Origin: Candidatus Dormibacter sp.
GTDB lineage: Bacteria > Chloroflexota > Dormibacteria > Aeolococcales > Aeolococcaceae
Assembly: GCA_039935655.1 (NCBI GenBank)
Contig: JBDTJX010000077.1
Span: forward strand, 55,718 to 119,717
Length of the DNA stretch: 64,000 bases
Reading direction: 5' to 3'
Within the stretch, counting starts at the first letter, position 1, and the number at the start of each line of letters is the position of its first letter. The translations under genes were made by a program, and so were the position numbers. The notes below the pieces were generated by a model. It made no database searches. It saw only the letters and a program-made list of their open reading frames with translations, and was not told where the DNA came from. Shown piece after piece: positions 47,481 through 55,340 of the stretch.

Positions 47481-47930
47481 TCAGCCGGCCGCGCACGCGA
47501 TCTCCAGGCGGTGCTCGATGACGCCGGTGATCGCCGGGTCGAACAACAGCAGCACCCGCACCCGGCGACGCAGCCGAGCAACGGTGCGGCCTTGCGGATC
47601 CACACGGACAGATTGGTCGTCGAACTCAACGACGGCGCGGACGGTCGCGCCGGCGTCGAGGACGTCTCCTTCGATGCGCACCTGCGCGTACTCTCCGAAG
47701 TCGGGCCGGGTGGTCAGGCCGGCGGCCAGCCCCGGCTGCATCGCCGTTCGAAGACGTGCTGCCTCGCCGGTGGCGACATAGCTCTCGATGTCTGCGTCCT
47801 GCCCGGATGCCAGCAGTCCGAGGTCGAAGACAAATCGGTCGACGAGACTCATGACCAGCGCGGTGCGCCGGTCACGGTCATCGTCGTCCATGCGCCGTCC
47901 CGAGGGCAGAAGCTGCCTGACGCTCCTCAC
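47481..47930 (-). CDS. Hypothetical acidic protein (149 aa)
   Basis: High-GC3 ORF. The start overlaps the stop of the ParA-like gene (ATGA-type), so it probably belongs to the same operon. Confidence 0.5.
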   Translation of the reverse strand: MRSVRQLLPSGRRMDDDDRDRRTALVMSLVDRFVFDLGLLASGQDADIESYVATGEAARLRTAMQPGLAAGLTTRPDFGEYAQVRIEGDVLDAGATVRAVVEFDDQSVRVDPQGRTVARLRRRVRVLLLFDPAITGVIEHRLEIACAAG

Positions 47931-48730
47931 CGCCGCACCCGACCGGGCAGTCGTGCCACTGCCTCTGTGAGGGCGCGATAGGCCACGCGCATCTTTGGCG
48001 ACACCGACTCCACCGGCACACCATCCATGCCTGCGAGCCGTACATTGTCGGCGTCGTCAGGGATCTCCAGGACACGGTCAACTCGCGAGGCGATCACGTC
48101 GAGGTACTCGCGGGTGACGGGGTGGCGGCGGTTGCGTCGCGCCCCAGAGGTGATGCATGGCACCACTGTCGGTGGCCGGCCGCGAACGTCGAGGTAGTCG
48201 AGCACACCGTTGAAGTCCTGGCGGCTCATCGCCGTGGGCAGAACCAGCGCGTCGGCTTCCTCGAGCCAGAACGCGGCCACCGCCGCCTCGGGACCTGACG
48301 TCGGATCGGGCAATCGATTGCTCATGTCGACGATGACCAACGAGTAGCGCGCCCGCAGGTGTGCGGCCAGGCGGCGGATGTCGGTATGGCTGTATTCGGT
48401 TCCGTCGCGCCGCTCCGGGTAGCAGGCCAGTGCGGGTGTGACCGAATGGATCGGCGCCGGCGGCTGAGCGCCCTTGGTGAGCGCTGCGACGACGTCGCGC
48501 ACGGAAGCGGCGTGTTCGGGCAGGTTGAGCTGGCCCCACGCGTCAGGATTGGCCACGTTGGCGTCGACGATTGCTGCGGTATGGCCCACTGAGTCGAGCA
48601 CGGTCCCGCCACTGATCGCCATCCCGGCGGCGTGACTGGTCTTGCCGACGCCACCCTTGCGCGAACCAACGACCACGATGCGGGGCGCACGATTGAGCAG
48701 GAGCGCGGCCAGTTCGGCGTCGTCAGCCCT
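47927..48730 (-). CDS. ParA/MinD-like P-loop ATPase domain (CpaE/TadZ-like); canonical start not identifiable
   Basis: Deviant Walker A VVVGSRKGGVGKT, Walker B LVIVDMS, and a MinD-like C-terminal half. There is no ATG/GTG/TTG between the P-loop and the stop of the upstream gene in this frame. The frame stays open to 49036, but that stretch is Arg/Pro-rich. Confidence 0.6.
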   Translation of the reverse strand, partial: RADDAELAALLLNRAPRIVVVGSRKGGVGKTSHAAGMAISGGTVLDSVGHTAAIVDANVANPDAWGQLNLPEHAASVRDVVAALTKGAQPPAPIHSVTPALACYPERRDGTEYSHTDIRRLAAHLRARYSLVIVDMSNRLPDPTSGPEAAVAAFWLEEADALVLPTAMSRQDFNGVLDYLDVRGRPPTVVPCITSGARRNRRHPVTREYLDVIASRVDRVLEIPDDADNVRLAGMDGVPVESVSPKMRVAYRALTEAVARLPGRVRR

Positions 48731-49553
48731 GGCGCCGCCGCCCCACGGCCGAAGCAGTGGCAGGCGTCGTCGCAGCCGCCCCGCCGCGGTGAGGTCGCTC
48801 GGCGGGGCTGAAGCTGGATGTGGCCGCTGAGCGACTCGACGACCAGGCCGGCGACACGCCTTCCGCGCGCTCACTCTCAGCGGCGAGAAGCTCCAGCGGA
48901 TCCGCCGGGGGCGAAGCTGCGGAGGCCGCGGTCGCCGGCGGTGAGGCCCCGCCGGCGACATCGAACAGCGGTGGAAGGCCCTGGTGGCTGTAGGGCCGCA
49001 CCGGTTCACGGTTCCCGGTCGGCTGGACATGGGCACCCGCCGAAGCCATTGACCTCGTACCCGCGGCGCCCGCTCGGACCCGCGCGATCATGCGCACATC
49101 GCGGACATCGAACACATCGGCTGCAGTCGCGCTCGCGGGGTTGGGCGCCGTCCCGTACCGGGTGACGACGGCCTCGGCGAGCGCCAGTGGCGCTCCGTCG
49201 GCGTCACGGCGAACGCCAACCGCCGGTGAATACCCGGCGGCGTCCGTGTCGCCAACGGCAACGAGGAAGACGCCGTCCAGTCCGAGCATCCATGCCGCAA
49301 GGCCTGTCTCGTGTTGAAGCAGAAAGACGGGAAGCGCGCCTGCGGGCACGTTGCCCCCCCACCAACGATCAAGCGCGGCCTGGCTGGCGCTCGCGGCGAA
49401 GAAGTCGAGGCCGCGAACACCCGGAACCAGGAAGACCGAGGCGGCAGATGCGCCCGGGCGCGCCAGACCCTCGAGTAGATCCGCCAGTCCGCGGGCCTCC
49501 GCATCGTCGCGAAGCAGCGAGATGAACGCGAACGAGTGCCGCTCAGCGGACAC
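48723..49553 (-). CDS. Hypothetical protein with an N-terminal pseudo-receiver-like region and an Ala/Ser/Pro-rich tail; possible upstream half of a frameshifted CpaE-like gene
   Basis: GTG start VSAERHSFAFISLL (complement of 49551-49553). The real part begins there, and the N-terminal 238 codons of the annotated 514-aa ORF are junk that overlaps tadC and a small membrane gene. Contains SVFLVPGVRGLDFF...VFLLQHETG...FLVAVGDTDAAG, resembling the pseudo-receiver that precedes the ATPase domain in CpaE proteins. Confidence 0.45.
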   Translation of the reverse strand: MSAERHSFAFISLLRDDAEARGLADLLEGLARPGASAASVFLVPGVRGLDFFAASASQAALDRWWGGNVPAGALPVFLLQHETGLAAWMLGLDGVFLVAVGDTDAAGYSPAVGVRRDADGAPLALAEAVVTRYGTAPNPASATAADVFDVRDVRMIARVRAGAAGTRSMASAGAHVQPTGNREPVRPYSHQGLPPLFDVAGGASPPATAASAASPPADPLELLAAESERAEGVSPAWSSSRSAATSSFSPAERPHRGGAAATTPATASAVGRRRQG

Positions 49554-49905
49554 GTTGCTCTGCCTGTTGTGCGGTGGTGGCGTTGGCGCAGCACACGCCG
49601 TAGCCGCTGTTGTGGTGCGCGACGCCCAGGCCGAGGAGGATCGTGCCTGCGAGGAGCGCCAGCGGCCCGCGGCGTACGGAGCGCCGTGCTCCACCCCGGC
49701 GTCGGAGCAGGCCGGCGGCGACCCCGCCGGCGGTCGCGGCCACCGCCAGCCAGCACACCAGCGCCACCAGCGCGAACACGGTGGCCTGCGTGACAGCCCG
49801 CCCGGTGAGGAGGTCAAAGCTGCGCGTGGTGTCTGCCCAGCCGAGCGCGAATGCGCCAAACAGGACCGCCGCTCCGGCCAACAACGCGAGGACGCCCGAG
49901 CGCAC
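49543..49905 (-). CDS. Small polytopic membrane protein (120 aa, 3 TM)
   Basis: MRSGVLALLAGAAVLFGAFALGW..., a second and third TM, then a short tail. Lies 4 nt after the tadC-like stop. High GC3. Confidence 0.5.
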   Translation of the reverse strand: MRSGVLALLAGAAVLFGAFALGWADTTRSFDLLTGRAVTQATVFALVALVCWLAVAATAGGVAAGLLRRRGGARRSVRRGPLALLAGTILLGLGVAHHNSGYGVCCANATTAQQAEQRVR

Positions 49906-49909
49906 CGCG

Positions 49910-50809
49910 TCAGCCTCCGCCGAGTCCGGTGGTCAGGCTCGCGAACGTCGGCGCACCCAGCAGCAGGAGCAGCGGGATCAGCATGCCTGCGACGGGCAGT
50001 GTCACAAGGATGCGTGCTCGCGCCGCCCGCATCCGCGCATCCGCGAGTCGGTGGTGGTACACGGCCTGTGCGACGCGCGTGTAGGTCAGACGCTCGCCGA
50101 TTCCAACGTTGGTTGTGGCGAGAGCGTCGGCGACCAGGGTGAAGGCGGGCACCCGGAACCGCTCTCCAATCGACCGGTAGAGCTCGGCGGTGCTGCGCGG
50201 CTGCGTGCTGATCAGGCGCCTCCAGCCACCCTCGACGAGGGTGCGCAGGTCTGGGGTGGTTGCGCACCGCGAGAGGATGCGCACCGCGTCATCGACCTGG
50301 AGGCCGCGTCCATCGGTCAGGATGGCGACAAGCATCATCATGTCGCCAAGAGTGCGATCGGCACGGTCGCGGCGCCGCTGCGCTGAAGCTCGCACCAGCG
50401 CAAACCTGATTAGCACAGCGGCGATTGCGAGTAGCACAGCGACCCCCGGTGGCGCTGCGAAGTCGCCGCTGCTCAACCGAAACGTCGTGTCAGCAACCAG
50501 GGTCACCGTGAAGGTGACCAGCGCCAGCACCGCTGTGCGCCCGACGAAGGCGGCGTCGCTCTCCGTGCGGTCGGCTTCGGCGAGCAGGCGGCGGAGGTCG
50601 AGCTCCTCGCGCGCGCGGCGCACGGCGGCACTGCGTTCGGCGGCCCGCTCGAGACGCGTGTGCGGGCGAGCGTAGCCACGAAGCGCGGCGAGCCGCTGCC
50701 ACGCACGGACGTCGGAGGAGGTGAGGTATCCGAGGCGACCGAGCAGAGCCGCCCACAGGCCCACCACGACGATGGCGGCGCTCGCGAACAGCCACAGACT
50801 ACTGGGCAC
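49910..50809 (-). CDS. Type II secretion system F family protein (TadC-like)
   Basis: N-terminal TM, cytoplasmic helical domain, C-terminal TM pair. GTG start overlaps the TadB-like 3' end by 11 nt. Confidence 0.68.
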   Translation of the reverse strand: MPSSLWLFASAAIVVVGLWAALLGRLGYLTSSDVRAWQRLAALRGYARPHTRLERAAERSAAVRRAREELDLRRLLAEADRTESDAAFVGRTAVLALVTFTVTLVADTTFRLSSGDFAAPPGVAVLLAIAAVLIRFALVRASAQRRRDRADRTLGDMMMLVAILTDGRGLQVDDAVRILSRCATTPDLRTLVEGGWRRLISTQPRSTAELYRSIGERFRVPAFTLVADALATTNVGIGERLTYTRVAQAVYHHRLADARMRAARARILVTLPVAGMLIPLLLLLGAPTFASLTTGLGGG

Positions 50810-51719
50810 CGAGGCGCTCCTGTTCCTCGGCGAGCCTGCCCAGGTCCCAGCGCGTCCAGTCGCGCACCTGCACGATCAGCCCGAGCAGGCTGACGAGCAA
50901 CGCGAACAGGATGACCACGCTCACCAGCACCACGTTGCCCGCGACGGACTGGTAAAACGCGCGGAACGTGTCCACGCGGATGACGATGACGAACATCACC
51001 ACCATCAGGACCGACATCGCAATCGTCACCGCGCGCTGCTGGGTGAGCGTGACTGCCGCCTCCTCCTGCACCGCGAGTTGCGCGCTGCCGACGGGAAGCA
51101 GCAGCTCGTCGATCGCCTCGATGAGTGCTTCGAGGCTGCGGCTGCGCGTCCACAGCAGCACCGCGCACGCGTACTCCACGACGGGGGAGCGCGCCCTCAA
51201 CCCCACCGCGACGATGTTGTCGAGGACCGAACCGCCGCGCGCCAGCGGCGCCAGGACGTACTCCAGTCCAGGTCCGGGGTCGCGCCCGATCTCCTGCAGC
51301 GCGGTGTCGAGCGATTGATTGGCCACGGCCATGCGATCGCGCACGTCGCGCAGCCTCCCCAGAAACGCGCGCTCCATGCGCAGGCGACGGTTTGCCGCGG
51401 TCCCCGCCAATGCGAAGCGGAACCCGAAGGCACCGAGCAACCCGCCGATCACCGCCAGGATCCAGATGCGTGACAGAAGCCCGAGCGCGATGCCGGCTGC
51501 GATCAGCGACAGGCGCACCCCGACCCAGCGGCGCCACGGCCAGCCGAGGTTGGCGGCGACGTCGCGCTCCCGCTCGAGCAGGCGCCAGCGCGGTCGCTGG
51601 CGGCCGAGGCGGCGCACGTCGAGGTCCAGGATCGCCGCCGTGCCGCCCGCGGCGCACGCGATCACCACGAGGAGGCCCGCCAGTTGCAGCGTCGTCCAGC
51701 CGACCGCAGAGAGGATCAC
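50799..51719 (-). CDS. Type II secretion system F family protein (TadB-like)
   Basis: Same architecture as the TadC-like gene. Start ATG overlaps the cpaF stop (ATGA). Confidence 0.68.
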   Translation of the reverse strand: MILSAVGWTTLQLAGLLVVIACAAGGTAAILDLDVRRLGRQRPRWRLLERERDVAANLGWPWRRWVGVRLSLIAAGIALGLLSRIWILAVIGGLLGAFGFRFALAGTAANRRLRMERAFLGRLRDVRDRMAVANQSLDTALQEIGRDPGPGLEYVLAPLARGGSVLDNIVAVGLRARSPVVEYACAVLLWTRSRSLEALIEAIDELLLPVGSAQLAVQEEAAVTLTQQRAVTIAMSVLMVVMFVIVIRVDTFRAFYQSVAGNVVLVSVVILFALLVSLLGLIVQVRDWTRWDLGRLAEEQERLGAQ

Positions 51720-53128
51720 GGCGACGGGATCTCGTCAGCCGGCAGGTGGCCTCGCAGGCGTGGCCCGAGTCGGTTGAGATTTCCGACCTGCTCGGTCATC
51801 CGCCGCCAGCCGCCGCTGTCCGTCTGTCGGTACACCCACTTGTGATTGCCGCCTCGTTCCACCGCCAGGACCCCCGTTAGCCGACGCCGGCCGTCCTGGT
51901 TGGCGAGGTGAATCACTAGCTGGATAGCGTGTTCCACGACCCGCTTGGCCATCTTCTCGTTGCCGGTGAAACGCCGGTTCTCCATCACGTATTGCACAGC
52001 CTGGTCGAGGGCCAGCTCGGCGTCTTCAGCATGGATGGTCGTCATCGATCCGTCGTGACCGGTCATCAGCGCCTTGCACACGGCGGCCATCTCTTCACCG
52101 CGCGACTCCCCCAGGATCAATCGGTCGGGTTGAAAGCGCAGCGCGTGCCGCACCAGGTCGAACATGGTGAGCTGTCCGGAGTCGGCCTCCGCCCTGATCG
52201 ACGGGATCGTCGACACCGCCGAGGTCAGCGCGTGCCACGGCTGTCCGTCGCCACGGTCCTGGTCGAGGTGCAGCTCAGCCCCGTCCTCCACGACGACGAG
52301 GTGCTCGCCAGCGGGCACCATGCCGCACAGCACGCGCATCAACGTCGTCTTCCCGGTGCTGGTGCCACCGGCGATCATCACGTTGACGCGTGAATCCACG
52401 CAGGCCTCGATGAATCGGGCAATGCCCTCGGGCATCACCGCGCTGTGAACGTAGTCTGCGAGGTCGCGGACCTTCGAGCGGGCCGGGATACGGATGGCCG
52501 CCACCAGCGCTGCCTGCCCCGAGACGGCCGGGCGTTTGGCGACGCAGACGCGGATCACGCTGCCAACGTTGGCCTCCGCGATCGGGGCTGCATCAGTGAT
52601 GCTGTGGTCCCCGGTGACGCCACGCAGTCGCACCACGCGGCGAAAGAACTCGAGGCAGTCCTCGTCACCGGTGAACGGGCTGCCGCCGATCAGCGTGAGC
52701 TTGCGGCCCACGACGCTCACCAGCCAGCGGTCATAACCCAGACAGGTGATGTTTTCGAGATCGGCCCCGTAGACGAGCAGCGACAACGGAAAGAGGTGTG
52801 AGGCCAGGATCGCAGCGTTCCGGCGGGCGACGGCGCGATAGCCGGGGTTGCTGCCCAGCTCGCTGACCACCGCCAGCGGCAGCCCGCTCGTCGACGGCGA
52901 CGCGATGGCGCGCTCCACAACCCGAGCCACGTCGTCGTGCAGGCGCTCCTCGTGGTGCACCGACGCCGGCTCAACGCCGCGGTCGCCGATGACCCTGTCG
53001 GCGATTGCCTGCGCCACCTCACGCTCTTCGGCCGCGATCTGCGGCCACCTGGCGACGCGAACCTCCGTCGACCGCGTCGGAGTGAGTGGATCCAAGCCCA
53101 CACCGCCGACGTCGACCCGCACTGCCAT
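51716..53128 (-). CDS. CpaF/TadA family secretion ATPase (VirB11-like)
   Basis: Walker A VMIAGGTSTGKTT, Asp box, Walker B RLILGESRGEE, His box GHDGSMTTIHA. ATG (complement of 53126-53128) shares one base with the upstream stop (TGATG). The N-terminal 35 codons of the annotated ORF are rejected. Confidence 0.88.
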   Translation of the reverse strand: MAVRVDVGGVGLDPLTPTRSTEVRVARWPQIAAEEREVAQAIADRVIGDRGVEPASVHHEERLHDDVARVVERAIASPSTSGLPLAVVSELGSNPGYRAVARRNAAILASHLFPLSLLVYGADLENITCLGYDRWLVSVVGRKLTLIGGSPFTGDEDCLEFFRRVVRLRGVTGDHSITDAAPIAEANVGSVIRVCVAKRPAVSGQAALVAAIRIPARSKVRDLADYVHSAVMPEGIARFIEACVDSRVNVMIAGGTSTGKTTLMRVLCGMVPAGEHLVVVEDGAELHLDQDRGDGQPWHALTSAVSTIPSIRAEADSGQLTMFDLVRHALRFQPDRLILGESRGEEMAAVCKALMTGHDGSMTTIHAEDAELALDQAVQYVMENRRFTGNEKMAKRVVEHAIQLVIHLANQDGRRRLTGVLAVERGGNHKWVYRQTDSGGWRRMTEQVGNLNRLGPRLRGHLPADEIPSP

Positions 53129-53850
53129 CACGCAAGCACAGGCACGAGACTGAGGTCGTCGTTGACGCCGACGAGCGTGGTCGGCGTGCCAGTCTCGCCC
53201 ATCCTGGTGGCGCGAGCCTCGTCCCAATGCCACACCTCGCGAATTGCCAGCCCCGGAACGTTGCGCTCGAGCGTCTCGACAACGAGGCGGCGGTAGGCAC
53301 GGCTGCGCTGGTTGCAGATGATCAGCTCGCCATGCGGTGGTCGCGCCGCCTGGAGCACGCTGATGCTCCTCGACAGCAACGCAGGGTCATCCCGGATGAC
53401 CACGAAGGCGCGCGAGAAGACCGAGCAGATCGCCTCGGCCGCCGACCGTGGTGAGCGCAGGCCGGGATGAGAGAGCGGATGCCCGAGGTCAGCGACCACC
53501 ACGTCGTCGCGCATGCCTGCCAGGGCTGAGGCCAGCTTGGCCAGGCATTCGACGATCTCGTACCCGTAGCTGCGCGACAGCCCGGGCACGATGCGGAGCT
53601 GCTCGCGCTTAGGGTGGCCGATGGCTTGCGCATCGAGCTGCAACGCCGTCGCTGGTCGATCGCCGAAACAGTTGGCGATAGAACGGTCGTCTGTGCGCAG
53701 CAGCAGGAGGTCGGCGAGAGTTCCGCCTTCCATGTCGCAATCAACGAGCAGCACGCGATGCTGCTCCGCGAGCGTCCACGCGAGGCACGCCGCCCAATGT
53801 GTGGACGTCTGACCCGCGCGCGTCGTGTAAACGGCGATCAGGGTGCTCAT
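53128..53850 (-). CDS. Ssd/TadZ-like degenerate ParA-family protein (septum-site-determining-like)
   Basis: MinD/ParA fold with the Walker A position degenerate (AVYTTRAGQTSTHW instead of KGGxGKT) and a DCDMEGG Walker-B-like segment. ATG at 53850 overlaps the cpaB-like stop (ATGA). Confidence 0.6.
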   Translation of the reverse strand: MSTLIAVYTTRAGQTSTHWAACLAWTLAEQHRVLLVDCDMEGGTLADLLLLRTDDRSIANCFGDRPATALQLDAQAIGHPKREQLRIVPGLSRSYGYEIVECLAKLASALAGMRDDVVVADLGHPLSHPGLRSPRSAAEAICSVFSRAFVVIRDDPALLSRSISVLQAARPPHGELIICNQRSRAYRRLVVETLERNVPGLAIREVWHWDEARATRMGETGTPTTLVGVNDDLSLVPVLA

Positions 53851-54482
53851 GGCGGGGGCGATCCACCCACGCCGCCGGCACAGGCCGACCCACAGAGCCT
53901 GCTGATCGCATCGTTCGGCGCCAGTGGCTGGAGGGACGACGGATCCTGCTGCGCCGAGCGCACGGCATGAAGCGCGATGCTCGATGACCCCACCGATATC
54001 CACGCCTCCTCCTGGTCGGCGGGCACCAGCACGGTCAGCGCTCCACCCGACACGGTGAGCACGGTGACCCCCTGGCCGATGCGAGCCTGCCTGCCTCCCC
54101 CGATCGTCGCGAACACATCGACGCGGTCCCCCGCCGACAGGGGCGGCGGAGCCTGCAGTGTCAGCGCGATCTCCACCTGCGCACCGGCATCGATGAGGTC
54201 GTCGTCGCGGAGGATGTCGTTGGGGTGCAGGCTCAGCGTATAACGCGCGGCATATTGGGCGGGGGAGCGGTGCTCGTACTGGAAGTCACCCTCCTGGGCG
54301 CGGACGGTGACAGTGGAGATGTCGTCGGCGACGTAGGGGCTGCCGGCCAGCACGGCGTGCTTGAGGATGTACACGCTGATCGTCTGCTGGTTACCGGATT
54401 GCTGGAGGTAGACCATCACGCCGAGGACAAGGACGATCACGCTGCTGAAGAACGCGGCCGCGGTCAGGCGACGCCGATCCAT
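53847..54482 (-). CDS. CpaB/RcpC-like SAF-domain pilus/secretion assembly protein
   Basis: N-terminal TM (AAAFFSSVIVLVLGVMVYL), then a SAF-like beta-rich domain. GAGGGA Shine-Dalgarno before ATG 54482; an in-frame TTG lies 3 nt upstream. Confidence 0.6.
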   Translation of the reverse strand: MDRRRLTAAAFFSSVIVLVLGVMVYLQQSGNQQTISVYILKHAVLAGSPYVADDISTVTVRAQEGDFQYEHRSPAQYAARYTLSLHPNDILRDDDLIDAGAQVEIALTLQAPPPLSAGDRVDVFATIGGGRQARIGQGVTVLTVSGGALTVLVPADQEEAWISVGSSSIALHAVRSAQQDPSSLQPLAPNDAISRLCGSACAGGVGGSPPP

Positions 54483-54572
54483 CAATCATTTCCCTCACCC
54501 GTCAACCCCCGGCCAGACCGCACACTTGCCGGGCGGACAAGGTAGGTCCGCAGACGGGCATCGTCAAGGGTG

Positions 54573-55277
54573 TCATCCGGCGCCGAGATAGCCGGCCGGC
54601 GTCGGCTGCAGCCGGCCCGTCAGATGCAACTCGCCATCCGACCCGTACGGCGGATGCCAGAACAGCGCCACCACCTCGACACGGCGGACCGAGGCCGGGC
54701 GCCGCACGGTGGCCGTCAGCATCCGTCGCGCTGCGCGTCGCTGCAAAAGGGGCCGCCGCAGCCTCACTCCGACACCTCCGAGGCTGGCGGCGATCCGCGC
54801 CACCTCGGTTCCGACCGACGTGCCTGCTGCGAAGACGCCGAGCGACAGGGCGAACCCCATGTCGGGCAGCGCTCGCAGGCTGAGCGCGATGCCGGTCAGG
54901 GTGTCTGCCGGGGGACTGGCCAGGGCGAGATAAGTTCCTCGCAGAGGATCGCTTCGCTGCCAGCCGAAGGTGCGGCTCTCCAGTGCCAGGTGACGGTTGG
55001 TCGGCACAAGGTTGACAGCGGCGACCTCGACGGCCATGTCGACCATCTCGGGCACCATCCAGCCCGCTTCGACGGCACCCCCGCATTGGTCGGCGATGAG
55101 TGAGGCCGCGGCCGCCTCGACGCCGATATGCGGGGACTGCACGCCGAGCATCACCCGGTCGCCGAGGCCGAACAGGAAGAGGCCAAGCCCGCGGCCCGCG
55201 GTGAGCTGCCAGAGGTCGGCGAGCAATCGCTCGGAGTCAGCCGGGGTCGGCACCGGGCACGCTTCGACGAGCTGCAT
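54573..55277 (-). CDS. Hypothetical cytoplasmic protein (234 aa)
   Basis: Very high GC3 and no TM helix. Sits between the GT-C-like gene and the cpaB-like gene on the same strand. Confidence 0.5.
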   Translation of the reverse strand: MQLVEACPVPTPADSERLLADLWQLTAGRGLGLFLFGLGDRVMLGVQSPHIGVEAAAASLIADQCGGAVEAGWMVPEMVDMAVEVAAVNLVPTNRHLALESRTFGWQRSDPLRGTYLALASPPADTLTGIALSLRALPDMGFALSLGVFAAGTSVGTEVARIAASLGGVGVRLRRPLLQRRAARRMLTATVRRPASVRRVEVVALFWHPPYGSDGELHLTGRLQPTPAGYLGAG

Positions 55278-55340
55278 GCGCCCACGCTAAGGACCGACAG
55301 CGGACGTTGGGCGGACAACGCACACCGGCCGCACCGGCGC

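Noticed and set aside
49553-50267. N-terminal 238 codons of the annotated 514-aa ORF 48723..50267 (-)
   Set aside because: Arg/Trp/Pro-rich, and out of frame with the tadC-like and small membrane genes that occupy the same strand there. The real coding part starts at the GTG near 49553.
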